Of a stretch of DNA of 24,721 nt, positions 8,166-16,673 are shown piece after piece; within the stretch, counting starts at the first letter, position 1, and each line of letters begins with the position of its first letter. The stretch comes from a virus (lineage: Duplodnaviria; Caudoviricetes): the IMG/VR virus record IMGVR_UViG_3300032247_000062, positions 1 through 24,721 of that record; one strand, written 5' to 3'. A program made the position numbers and the translations under genes. A model generated the notes under the pieces. That model did no database searches and was not told the DNA's origin. It saw only the letters and a program-made list of their open reading frames with translations.

Positions 8166-11100
8166 TTAGTTCATTCTTGCAAGAATAAGTGAAGACAATC
8201 CACGCGGCTGACGAATCATACCGCCTTTTTTAGCACTCTTAAACAGATTAGCCGCACCAATTGCTGCCGTACCAAAACCAGCCGCTTGCGAAGCCAGACT
8301 TGGCGCTTGCTGATATACCGCCTGAGTTTGCTGGGTCAACGGCACTCCACGCAATACGTTCGACATCTGCCCAATCTGTTGGAATGGGAAGTTCTGCTGA
8401 TTAAGGAAGTCGTTATAGTTCTGCGTAAGCTGCTGTTGTTGGTAATTCTGCGCCTGCACGCCCATCTGGTTCTGGGCGTTGGCAATGTTCATAGCTTGCT
8501 GGTTGTACAGGCCGCTCAAATTGCCATAGTTCTGCATGCCCTGCATGCCGGCGTTAAGCGCTTGTAATCCGTAACCCGCACCATATTGATTGGCCTGCTC
8601 TTGCAACTGATTAGCAGCTTGACCGTATTGCGCCCTATTTGCTGCCGCTGCCATGCTCTGACCGTAGCCGTACTGATTGGCCTGTTCTTGCTGCTGCTGT
8701 GTAGTAAGACCTGCCTGCTGATTAGCCAACTGCGCCTGCAATGCCTGCTGGTTGTACATCTGCTGTACGCCCAGATTAGCTGCAAGATTCTGCTGGCCAA
8801 CAGTAAGTCCGGCTTGTTGATTTGCTAGGTTTGCTTGCTGGCGAAGCTGCGCGTTTTGCAGATTTGCCGCTTGGTTGAACTGTCCCTGAGTTAAACCGTA
8901 CTGACCGGCAAGCGCTTGATTAGAAAGCGCAAATTGATTTGCGGCCTGTTGATTAGCGACGTTAGCTGCTTGCCCAAACTGACCTTGCTGCAAACCATAC
9001 TGACCGGCAAGCGCTTGATTAGAAAGCGCAAATTGATTTGCAGCCTGTTGATTAGCAGCATTAGCTGCTTGATTCATTTGCCCCTGCTGCAAACCGTACT
9101 GCGCACCGTACTGCTGATTGGCCAAAGCCGCCTGCTGCTGATTAGCAAGATTCGCCATGGACATTTGCTGGTTCATCGAGCCTTGCTGCAAACCGTACTG
9201 AGCGCCATACTGCTGGTTATTCGCCGCAGCCTGCTGCGCAAGCTGGGCATTCTGCAAAGCAAGCGCCTGATCCATTGTGCCTTGCTGCAAACCGTATTGA
9301 CCCGCAAGCGCCTGATTAGCGAGCGCTGTTTGTTGTTGATTGGTAAGGCTGGCCAACCCCATTTGCTGGTTCATCTGGCCTTGTTGTAGCCCGTACTGTG
9401 CGCCGTATTGCTGGTTGTTAGCTGCGGCCTGTTGTGCAAGCTGAGCATTTTGAAGTGCCGTCGCTTGGTTCATTGAACCTTGCTGCAAGCCATACTGGTT
9501 TAATGCGGCTTGGTTAGCAGCGTTGGCTGCTTGGCTCATTGAACCTTGCTGAAGACCGTACTGCGCGCCGTATTGTTGATTGTTAGCGGCAGCTTGCTGC
9601 GCAAGCTGAGCATTCTGAAGCGCCATGGCCTGATCCATCTGCCCTTGCGTCAGACTAAATTGGTTTAGTGCGCCTTGATTGGCGGCGTTAGCAGCTTGCT
9701 GCTGCGCAGCGTTTTGCAGATTTACTTGTTGATTAAGCTGCGCTTGCGTGAGACCGTATTGCCCCTGTAGCGATTGATTAGCAAGTTGTTGCTGTTGCAG
9801 TAGTTGTGCGTTTTGCAGTGCTGTGTTGTACTGCTGGGTCTGATTAAATTTGCTTGTATCAATACCCGCAGATTGATTGGCGAGTAAAGCTTGCAGTCCG
9901 GCTTGTTGATTTAATTGCTGCGCAGTCAGCCCGGTCTGTGCGCCAAGGCCCTGAGTCTGAAGCAACGCGCTTAGATTCTGAACGCCGGTTTGTTGCTGAA
10001 CCTGTTGATTAGCCAGAGCCGCTTGAAGTGCTGCTTGTTGCTCGGTATTAAACTGCCCTTGTGCTGACTGGAATGCTGACTGCAAACCTTGGGCTTGGAT
10101 GTCGCCTTTCTGAGTAGCCAGATTGCGTGCAGCTTCAGCATTCTCAATAGCTTGGCGTGTGCCCCCAAAAGCCCCAGCTTGCGCAAACCCAGCGCCGCGT
10201 TTAGTCGAGGCAATATCTGCTTGGCGTTGTGCTTCACGTTGCTGAATGTCCACCACACTTTGCATGTAGGGGGACATGAATGCGTTAGCTGCTCCGGGCT
10301 GCGTGAATGAACCGGTGCCTACATTTGCCGCCGCCTGCATCTGCAAACGCTCAAGTGGCAATGCTTGTACTCGTTCAGCAAAGGCACGCTCAAACCCGAT
10401 ATTTTGCGGTGTGTAATTAAGCTGTTGGCCTTGATAAAGAGGAACTTCGCCAAGCTGACTGTAGCCTGCCTGCGCTGCCTGCATTTGAGCCGCTTGAGCA
10501 AGCTGCGTTCTTTGCGCTTGTGCAGCCGCCATCTCTGGCGAAGCCCCAAGCTGCGCGGCGTTCATTGTCGCTGCACTACCTAGCTGTGTTTGTGCAGCCT
10601 GCGCAGCCTGCATTTCTGGCGAAGCCGCAAGAAGAGACGCCACCCCTGTTTGCGCGGCTGAAGTTGGTGCGTTACTTAGACCAGTGCGTGCGGCTTGTGC
10701 AGCACGCATTTCAGGAGAAGCATTAAGAAGCGAAGAAACCCCAGTCTGGCCGCTAACAGTAGGCGCCATGCCCATCTGCGCAGCCTGCATCGCTTGAGAC
10801 GTAGCTGTTGGAGAAGCCCCCATCTGCGCAGCCTGCATTGCTTGAGACGTAGCTGTTGGAGCATTTCCCAAATACGCAGCATTCGCCATAGCCCCGCGCA
10901 CATTTTGCGGGCCTTGCATCTGGAAATACTGAGCGTTCTGCGGACTTACCCCTTGGTAGCTAAACTGCCCCGGCTGATAAGCTCCCGGCGCTGCATACTG
11001 ATTGCCATAAGCGGTTGGGTTGTATTGCGACTGGCCTGCCTGCGCAGCCAAGTTGTACATGTTCTGAAGCGAGTTACCTGCCTGAGCGCCAAGGCCCATG

Positions 11101-11351
11101 CCTCCAAGTGTGTTGTATGCCTGCTGACTAAGAACGTCTGGCCCAGCAATCCGCTGGCCTTGGTATGTCTGATAAGGTTTAAGCCCGGATACTTGCGGTT
11201 GACCATTAGAGTCAAGGAGTAACTGCCCGTTAGAGTCCCGCTTATAGTCGTAAATTGCCCCTTCAGTAGCGCCAAGCATGCGCTCAACCTGCGCACGCGC
11301 ATAGTCAGGGATTGACGTTTGTGACTGGATAATCTGTTGTGGATCTGCCAT
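8166..11351 (-). CDS. Gln/Asn/Ala-rich repeat protein (1061 aa), putative DNA-transfer/ejection conduit
   Basis: Long ORF with a central FMSPYMQSVV...AGAFGGTRQAI segment flanked by two repeat arrays, and a C-terminal hydrophobic segment (SLASQAAGFGTAAIGAANLF). Confidence 0.8.
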   Translation of the reverse strand: MADPQQIIQSQTSIPDYARAQVERMLGATEGAIYDYKRDSNGQLLLDSNGQPQVSGLKPYQTYQGQRIAGPDVLSQQAYNTLGGMGLGAQAGNSLQNMYNLAAQAGQSQYNPTAYGNQYAAPGAYQPGQFSYQGVSPQNAQYFQMQGPQNVRGAMANAAYLGNAPTATSQAMQAAQMGASPTATSQAMQAAQMGMAPTVSGQTGVSSLLNASPEMRAAQAARTGLSNAPTSAAQTGVASLLAASPEMQAAQAAQTQLGSAATMNAAQLGASPEMAAAQAQRTQLAQAAQMQAAQAGYSQLGEVPLYQGQQLNYTPQNIGFERAFAERVQALPLERLQMQAAANVGTGSFTQPGAANAFMSPYMQSVVDIQQREAQRQADIASTKRGAGFAQAGAFGGTRQAIENAEAARNLATQKGDIQAQGLQSAFQSAQGQFNTEQQAALQAALANQQVQQQTGVQNLSALLQTQGLGAQTGLTAQQLNQQAGLQALLANQSAGIDTSKFNQTQQYNTALQNAQLLQQQQLANQSLQGQYGLTQAQLNQQVNLQNAAQQQAANAANQGALNQFSLTQGQMDQAMALQNAQLAQQAAANNQQYGAQYGLQQGSMSQAANAANQAALNQYGLQQGSMNQATALQNAQLAQQAAANNQQYGAQYGLQQGQMNQQMGLASLTNQQQTALANQALAGQYGLQQGTMDQALALQNAQLAQQAAANNQQYGAQYGLQQGSMNQQMSMANLANQQQAALANQQYGAQYGLQQGQMNQAANAANQQAANQFALSNQALAGQYGLQQGQFGQAANVANQQAANQFALSNQALAGQYGLTQGQFNQAANLQNAQLRQQANLANQQAGLTVGQQNLAANLGVQQMYNQQALQAQLANQQAGLTTQQQQEQANQYGYGQSMAAAANRAQYGQAANQLQEQANQYGAGYGLQALNAGMQGMQNYGNLSGLYNQQAMNIANAQNQMGVQAQNYQQQQLTQNYNDFLNQQNFPFQQIGQMSNVLRGVPLTQQTQAVYQQAPSLASQAAGFGTAAIGAANLFKSAKKGGMIRQPRGLSSLILARMN
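8688..10040 (-). repeat. 41 consecutive 11-aa (hendecad) repeats
   Basis: Unbroken 11-residue register from QQAALQAALAN to QQAGLTTQQQQ. Includes a near-identical 99-nt-period DNA repeat (ctgaccggcaagcgcttgattagaaagcgcaaattgatttgc at 8901 and 9000). Confidence 0.92.
10455..10871 (-). repeat. Array of eight 16-aa and one 11-aa repeats
   Basis: LGNAPTATSQAMQAAQ / MGASPTATSQAMQAAQ / MGMAPTVSGQTGVSSL / LNASPEMRAAQAARTG / LSNAPTSAAQTGVASL / LAASPEMQAAQAAQTQ / LGSAATMNAAQ / LGASPEMAAAQAQRTQ / LAQAAQMQAAQAGYSQ. Confidence 0.92.
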
Positions 11352-11360
11352 GACTATTCC

Positions 11361-12527
11361 TTATGCGGGCAGCAGGCTTTCTGCATTTGTGTCGGTAGCT
11401 ACGCGGTGTTTGCCGGTTGTTTTGCTTCTTGCGCGCTGCACGCGGTCCATCATTGCGTATAGTTTACGCGCACCAGCCTCGGTCGATCCATTGCCAATCT
11501 CAGACACGATGCGTGCCGGTACAACAAACTCACCATCAGCTAGCCGCGCAGGTTGGCGATCCCCAATCATTGCCGGGATGTTGTCAGATACACCATCACC
11601 GGGGCCGCGAAGCAAGCGCCCGCCATCCGAGTAACCACCCAGCGTCCCCAAACCGCCTTGGTTGAAAGCAACAACACCGCCTGTCGCAGCTTTGTATGGC
11701 TCGGGCACATCGTATGTATCGTTGAAGTAGCGCGCTTCCCCTTGCCCAGTGTATGGCGTTGGGTTTTGTTTGCGGTTGAGAATGATCGGGCGGATCATGG
11801 CTTGAGGGGTAACGCTGCCTAGCGTTGGCATTTTGGTCGTCTGATTCGCTTGGATACCCGCCATGATTGGGAGTGCCGTAGCTGCTAGCATACCCGCGCC
11901 TTTCAGTGTGCTGCCGCCACCAAGCGTGTTGATTGCCGACATTGGGTTGTTGACCGCAGATGAGAAGCCGCTACTTAACTTTTCATACGGTGTCATGTTG
12001 GCTGCTGCGGCTTGCCCTTGTTGCGCGGCATATTCCGCCGCCATTTGTGGGCTTGCCGAACCTTCCGTTGCTAACGCAGCGTCGTACGCGGATTTTGTAG
12101 CTGCCTGTGAAGCGGCATCTGCACCAATATTAGACAGGCCGCTGCTAAGACTTGCCCCACCGTACGCACCCAACCCAGCCATAAGCCCTTTCTGTAAGCT
12201 CCCCGTAGCTAAAGCGCCAATCCCGCCCGTAATCAACCCCGCCGCAGCCGCATTAGATATACCGCCCAGCGCCGTCCCAAGCCCCGGCACAAATGTATCA
12301 AGTGCAAACCCGGCCAGCGGCGCAGCAATCGGTTTAATCGCCTTCCACGCCTGACTGAAGATGTTGGCTTCTGGCAGACCTGTGTGTGGGTTAATAGTTA
12401 GCGAGCCACCCTGCGCCATGGCCAAGCGTTGGAGTCCGTGAACTTCATCTGGCGTTACGTGCATAAGCATCGAGTCGCCGTTGCGACCATAGCCAGCCAT
12501 GTGATGGGCAAGATTATGTAGGCTCAT
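11361..12527 (-). CDS. Putative ejection protein (388 aa) with Gly-zipper hydrophobic region and a C-terminal GEFV domain like that of tape-measure proteins
   Basis: N-terminal GRNGDSMLMHVTPDEV...GGSLTINPHTGLPEA motif. Hydrophobic Gly/Ala helices. C-terminal GPGDGVSDNIPA...LADGEFVVPARIVSEIGNG. Confidence 0.8.
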   Translation of the reverse strand: MSLHNLAHHMAGYGRNGDSMLMHVTPDEVHGLQRLAMAQGGSLTINPHTGLPEANIFSQAWKAIKPIAAPLAGFALDTFVPGLGTALGGISNAAAAGLITGGIGALATGSLQKGLMAGLGAYGGASLSSGLSNIGADAASQAATKSAYDAALATEGSASPQMAAEYAAQQGQAAAANMTPYEKLSSGFSSAVNNPMSAINTLGGGSTLKGAGMLAATALPIMAGIQANQTTKMPTLGSVTPQAMIRPIILNRKQNPTPYTGQGEARYFNDTYDVPEPYKAATGGVVAFNQGGLGTLGGYSDGGRLLRGPGDGVSDNIPAMIGDRQPARLADGEFVVPARIVSEIGNGSTEAGARKLYAMMDRVQRARSKTTGKHRVATDTNAESLLPA

Positions 12528-12529
12528 GA

Positions 12530-13456
12530 TTACGTCGCTGTGTTACTAATTAAAATGCCTTGCAAAATTAAACCAACAGAGTGTGTTCCTGATGCGGTTG
12601 AAAATTGCCATTGGATGTCTGTTTTTTGTGTGTATGGAAACGGGTTTACTCTAGGAACTTGATATCTTTGGTCCCAAGCTGTTTGCAATACTGTTAGAGT
12701 AACTGGGTTTGTTTGAGCGTTGTTTGTGCTTTTAACTTGGTAGTTAATTGCGTTTCCGGGCGCGGCATCTCCGTTAAACGCATTAATGGATATCAAGTAC
12801 ATTGTGTATCCATTTGGTACAGAGTACACGGCAGCTTGCGACCTTCCCACCCCTGTTGAAATTTGCGAGTAAGTAACCCCACCATTCTTGGCTGTAATTG
12901 TTCCTACGTTAGTAGTTTGACCAGTCCCTGTACTAGTCATAATCATGTTGTTAATGCGGAGAAACTGATTGGTTGTAGTTACGCCTGTTACGCCGTTTAG
13001 CGTTACTGTTTCTGTTATGGCATCCCAACTTGAATTAAGTCCGCTAATAAGTATTGTTGCTCTAGTGTTGTCGGACGCTGAAGTGCTGGCAAGTGTCATT
13101 GTTACAGCAGATGCCGGGAAAGCATATTGAGTGGTCCCCGTTAATTCCCACAATGTATAAAGGGTTGTCTTAACAGAATCAGAAAACGCAAAAATATTTA
13201 CTTGGCTTGCACCAGTAACTTTTCCTCGGGCGACTTGCAGTGCCCAATCCGCAGATTGCGAAGATTCTGTACTGATAGGAACTGGGGATGATGTTGCCAT
13301 TAGCTGCCCGAGTAAATTATCAATCTGGTTGAAGTACAACCGCAGGACGTTGTTGAGTTGGTCAATATAACGCGGGTCGTATTCTTTCGACGCATCCGGC
13401 AAGCGCGGGGCAACAATTCTATTAAGCTCGTAATCTGATGTAATAACGTAGCTCAT
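12530..13456 (-). CDS. Virion protein (308 aa), possibly tail needle/spike: helical N-terminus plus beta-rich C-terminal domain
   Basis: APRLPDASKEYDPRYIDQLNNVLRLYFNQIDN helical N-terminus and a Thr/Ser-rich beta domain. Sits between the hub-like gene and the ejection genes, as P22 gp26 does (synteny inference). Confidence 0.6.
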   Translation of the reverse strand: MSYVITSDYELNRIVAPRLPDASKEYDPRYIDQLNNVLRLYFNQIDNLLGQLMATSSPVPISTESSQSADWALQVARGKVTGASQVNIFAFSDSVKTTLYTLWELTGTTQYAFPASAVTMTLASTSASDNTRATILISGLNSSWDAITETVTLNGVTGVTTTNQFLRINNMIMTSTGTGQTTNVGTITAKNGGVTYSQISTGVGRSQAAVYSVPNGYTMYLISINAFNGDAAPGNAINYQVKSTNNAQTNPVTLTVLQTAWDQRYQVPRVNPFPYTQKTDIQWQFSTASGTHSVGLILQGILISNTAT

Positions 13457-15567
13457 CAGCGCCTACCATCATTGCGAATATCGATTCGGGGAGCGCCAAG
13501 CTGCCACTGAAGCCCAAGCTGGTTTCCTTCAATCTTAAACGCCATCTGGCGCCCACGCACGCGGGTGTAGATCTGTCCAGTATACGCTTCGATTGGGTAT
13601 GTAGCAGTGCGGGTAGATGTGGCGTAAGCGTTGCCTCCCACTGATAGAGGACTATTGTACCCGGAACCCGAGTTCTGCATAGGGTACAGCGTCATGGTTA
13701 CTTGCGGGCTTGCCGCTGTAGACCCGTCAAATTTAAGATCCGGCAGCATCCGCCACACAAACCCAAAGTTGTGCCCGTCGTCAATATCAAATTCGGACGA
13801 AAGAATGTAGGACGAAATGGGTTGACCTGTAACGGAATCGGTACAGTCGTTTACGCCGTTCTCATGCCACACAAGATTGTTTGAGTAAGTAGCTGCGATT
13901 GGGTAGTCGTTCAATCCGCTATCAATCCAAGCCGTGCGTCCCATCGTGCCGTAGTACCAGACGTTTTCCAGATAATTGTAGATGACGTACTTATCTACAA
14001 CTGTGCTATTACCGGAACAATAGAACCACCAGACTTCATTGAAGCCTTCGTTGGTGCTGGAGAAAACTTGGTCAAACTGGCTTTTGTTGATGTTCTCAAA
14101 TACATACTGGCGCAGATCACAACTGAGCGTCTGCACCCGACCGTCATACTTGTAGAACTTATCTACGCCCATCCAGTACGCAACCCCCGCAGCCAACGCA
14201 GTGGCGTTCGGCCCAGCAATCGAGATGTTGTCTCCAAGAAGTTGAGAACTCCAGACGTAAGGTGGCCCCAGATACTGCAAGGAATATACGGAACTGTCGG
14301 TAAGTACAACTATTTCTTGGCGATTCTGTATAGTCGTGACGATCTTGGAGCCGTGCGACAACCGCACACTACCCGCCTGATTAGTAATGGCCGGATACCA
14401 AGTAGTCAAAGAATCCTGATCTGACCAACGAATCAACATTGGGTCCAATGTAGTGCTGTCAATATCATTGGTGCCAAACACCAAGATAAACCGGCTGGCG
14501 TCTGACACAGTGAATGTATTTTGGTACAGCGGCGCGTAGCCATCAGATCCGCCAATGCTCGATAGCGGATACCCGCGTGCAGAAACGCTATGTGTGCCGG
14601 TCTGTGTACCGGAAGTATTAATTGCCGCCCCACCATAAGTAGCAGACAAGTTACAAGTAAACCCACTTGAGTTAATTACGTAATAGACCGTACCCGGCAC
14701 CAACCCTGTGGGCAAGTATCCGGTAGTAGTCAGCGTAATAGCCGTGCCGTTGGCTAAAGAATATATAAGCGTCAACACGGCAGGGCTGGCAATTGTAATT
14801 GTGCACGTAGTGCTTTGATAGCCGGTGTTAGCGTCCCAGTAATAGAGCGGTGACCCGCGAGGGCCGTATAACAAGTTCTGCCCGTAGTTCATCTGATTCC
14901 AAAGCTGCAATGGAATCGTAGTCGTTCCGCCATTACCCCATGATCCGGCGCTCCAAGCTCCAGCCCCCCAGCCTACAAGCGGTATTGCAAACTCGGGTCC
15001 GACGTTAGTTTGGTATGAGATGTATACTGTTCCGCCGCCCGTTGTGCTAGAGGATGCTGTGCCAGCAAGCGTGATGCTGTATGTATTAGTAGTCAGATAC
15101 GTGACTACATATTCTCCGACTGGGACGGTTACTCCACCTACCGTGGGAGCAGAACCAGAATAATAGATTGTTATGTAACTGCCGTTCGTAGCGCCATGAC
15201 TAGTGTCGGTGATTGTTACCGTCGTGTTGCCACCAGAATTGCTGGCTGTTGATGTGGCGAACGGGTTAGTCAGCGTGCTGGTCTTACGGATTGGGGTGAC
15301 ATCGTAATACGCACCCCCGTTAGAAATGTAGAATTTAAGGTTTGTCCCCACGCCCAGTAGGTTTTGCGCGGTGAGCGTTACCCATGACCAAAGTGATCGG
15401 CAAATTCCTAAAAACGTGCTGCTAGAAATCTGCAGCCAACCGCCAATTTTTTCAGGCGTGCCTTGCCGAAAGCGGATTTTTTCCGACTCGTAGTAACCCC
15501 CTTCGTTGGTATACCGCGTGTTCTCGCGGTTAACCCCCGGTTTAAATAAGAGTTTTTTGAGTGGCAT
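13456..15567 (-). CDS. Tail hub / stabilisation protein-like (P22 gp10 / tubular protein B class), 703 aa
   Basis: Size, position and beta-rich motifs (IRFRQGTPEKIGGW, IRWSDQD, FNEVWWFY, YVIYNYLENVWYYG, RVRGRQMAFKIE). Family assignment is inference. Confidence 0.7.
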   Translation of the reverse strand: MPLKKLLFKPGVNRENTRYTNEGGYYESEKIRFRQGTPEKIGGWLQISSSTFLGICRSLWSWVTLTAQNLLGVGTNLKFYISNGGAYYDVTPIRKTSTLTNPFATSTASNSGGNTTVTITDTSHGATNGSYITIYYSGSAPTVGGVTVPVGEYVVTYLTTNTYSITLAGTASSSTTGGGTVYISYQTNVGPEFAIPLVGWGAGAWSAGSWGNGGTTTIPLQLWNQMNYGQNLLYGPRGSPLYYWDANTGYQSTTCTITIASPAVLTLIYSLANGTAITLTTTGYLPTGLVPGTVYYVINSSGFTCNLSATYGGAAINTSGTQTGTHSVSARGYPLSSIGGSDGYAPLYQNTFTVSDASRFILVFGTNDIDSTTLDPMLIRWSDQDSLTTWYPAITNQAGSVRLSHGSKIVTTIQNRQEIVVLTDSSVYSLQYLGPPYVWSSQLLGDNISIAGPNATALAAGVAYWMGVDKFYKYDGRVQTLSCDLRQYVFENINKSQFDQVFSSTNEGFNEVWWFYCSGNSTVVDKYVIYNYLENVWYYGTMGRTAWIDSGLNDYPIAATYSNNLVWHENGVNDCTDSVTGQPISSYILSSEFDIDDGHNFGFVWRMLPDLKFDGSTAASPQVTMTLYPMQNSGSGYNSPLSVGGNAYATSTRTATYPIEAYTGQIYTRVRGRQMAFKIEGNQLGLQWQLGAPRIDIRNDGRR

Positions 15568-16004
15568 TACTTGCTTGCAACCCCTTTGTGCTTCTCGAAT
15601 GAGCGCATCCCGCCAAAACCAAGCAGCCCTGCAAGTAGCGTCATTAGTTGCTCGACATCAAGGTCCGGTGGCGGGGCCAGCCCTTTGGGAATTATGTCAT
15701 AACCTTGACCAAAAGCCCATAGCCACTGCATCAAGGGGTAGCCAAGAAATTGATAAGCCAGACCAAGCACCCCAACCCAACCCACAGCAGGACGCCAGCC
15801 ACTGACAAATATGCTAGAAGACGCCGCTTCAATCTTATTGACATCAACTTGGGCAAGGTCTGTAGCTTGGTCAATCCGCGCCTGTTCAAGATCGAGCTTG
15901 CGGTCTTCCAACGCCATTTCGAGGCGCTCTTTGTCCGTCGTAATGAGCGAATCCGCAACTTTGCCAACGCCTTCAATGATTGACCCAATACCCATCAAGT
16001 CCAT
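15567..16004 (-). CDS. Holin (3TM, gene-transfer-agent release type)
   Basis: VNKIEAASSSIFVSGWRPAVGWV...LLAGLLGFGGMRSFEK motifs with two clear hydrophobic segments. Directly follows the endolysin. Confidence 0.85.
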   Translation of the reverse strand: MDLMGIGSIIEGVGKVADSLITTDKERLEMALEDRKLDLEQARIDQATDLAQVDVNKIEAASSSIFVSGWRPAVGWVGVLGLAYQFLGYPLMQWLWAFGQGYDIIPKGLAPPPDLDVEQLMTLLAGLLGFGGMRSFEKHKGVASK

Positions 16005-16519
16005 TACTTCAGCCCTTTCAAAGTACGATTTATCCAGCCCAGAAGGAATTTAGATTGGGTGCGGTTTTTGTTGCAGATGTCGGCGTAGCGGGTGATCTTG
16101 GCAAGTGCGTACGCTTTCTTAAATGATTCAGGTTCAACATTGTTGAACTTTTGTAGGGTCTTGTCCCCCACTGCGCCGTCTGGCGTAGCGCCCACAATTA
16201 ACTGTGCCAACTTAACCGCAACACCCATCCCAGTATTTACTGAGAAATTAAAGATGTTCTCGGCAACAGTTTGGTTCGCAATCTCATCCCCTCGTACACG
16301 ATCCCAAAACTCAACCTTATAAAAGTTACGCACCATCCCACTAAGTAGCGGGTTGCTGGTGGCTTCGTGATCGATGAGGTTCCATCCGGGCCAGTTGGGG
16401 TTTTTGTTTCGCGCAATTCCAGCATAAGTCATCCCACCCGTATCACCGGGAACATTGTGTAGAACATAACCACCCTCGTCAGAAATCATCTTCTCAAAGG
16501 CTTGTTCAAAGTTAGCCAT
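16004..16519 (-). CDS. Endolysin, glycoside hydrolase family 108 with C-terminal peptidoglycan-binding region
   Basis: EGGY catalytic motif, DTGGMTYAGI, FY...FWD, FNFSVNTG, DGAVGDKTL and C-terminal KFLLGWINR. Confidence 0.92.
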   Translation of the reverse strand: MANFEQAFEKMISDEGGYVLHNVPGDTGGMTYAGIARNKNPNWPGWNLIDHEATSNPLLSGMVRNFYKVEFWDRVRGDEIANQTVAENIFNFSVNTGMGVAVKLAQLIVGATPDGAVGDKTLQKFNNVEPESFKKAYALAKITRYADICNKNRTQSKFLLGWINRTLKGLK

Positions 16520-16673
16520 TTTTATCCCTCATCTTATTGATGATCTCAAACGCGGACTTGACTTTTTCCTCAAGGACTGCTACCCGCAGATCCAGTTTAG
16601 AGAGCACAACGATAAGCGTAACGATACCCAGAAGCACCGGCCACGCTTTCAAGAAGAGTTCAACTATCTCCAT
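16512..16673 (-). CDS. Small membrane protein (53 aa), holin/antiholin-like; not in the ORF track
   Basis: MEIVELFLKAWPVLLGIVTLIVVLSKLDLRVAVLEEKVKSAFEIINKMRDKNG*. One TM helix plus a coiled coil. It fills the gap and overlaps both neighbours. Confidence 0.8.
   Translation of the reverse strand: MEIVELFLKAWPVLLGIVTLIVVLSKLDLRVAVLEEKVKSAFEIINKMRDKNG

Noticed and set aside
8886-9743. Regularly spaced DNA repeats as a possible CRISPR array
   Set aside because: Periods are multiples of 33 nt, in frame, with synonymous variation and no unique spacers. They are coding repeats.
8886-10871. DNA-level inverted repeat as the explanation for the mirror arrays
   Set aside because: Unit lengths differ (48 versus 99 nt) and I saw no extended complementarity. 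The symmetry is in unit order at protein level.
8166-11351. Classical siphophage tape measure protein
   Set aside because: No tail tube, chaperone frameshift pair or distal tail genes nearby. The context fits podophage-type ejection proteins better, though this is not proven.
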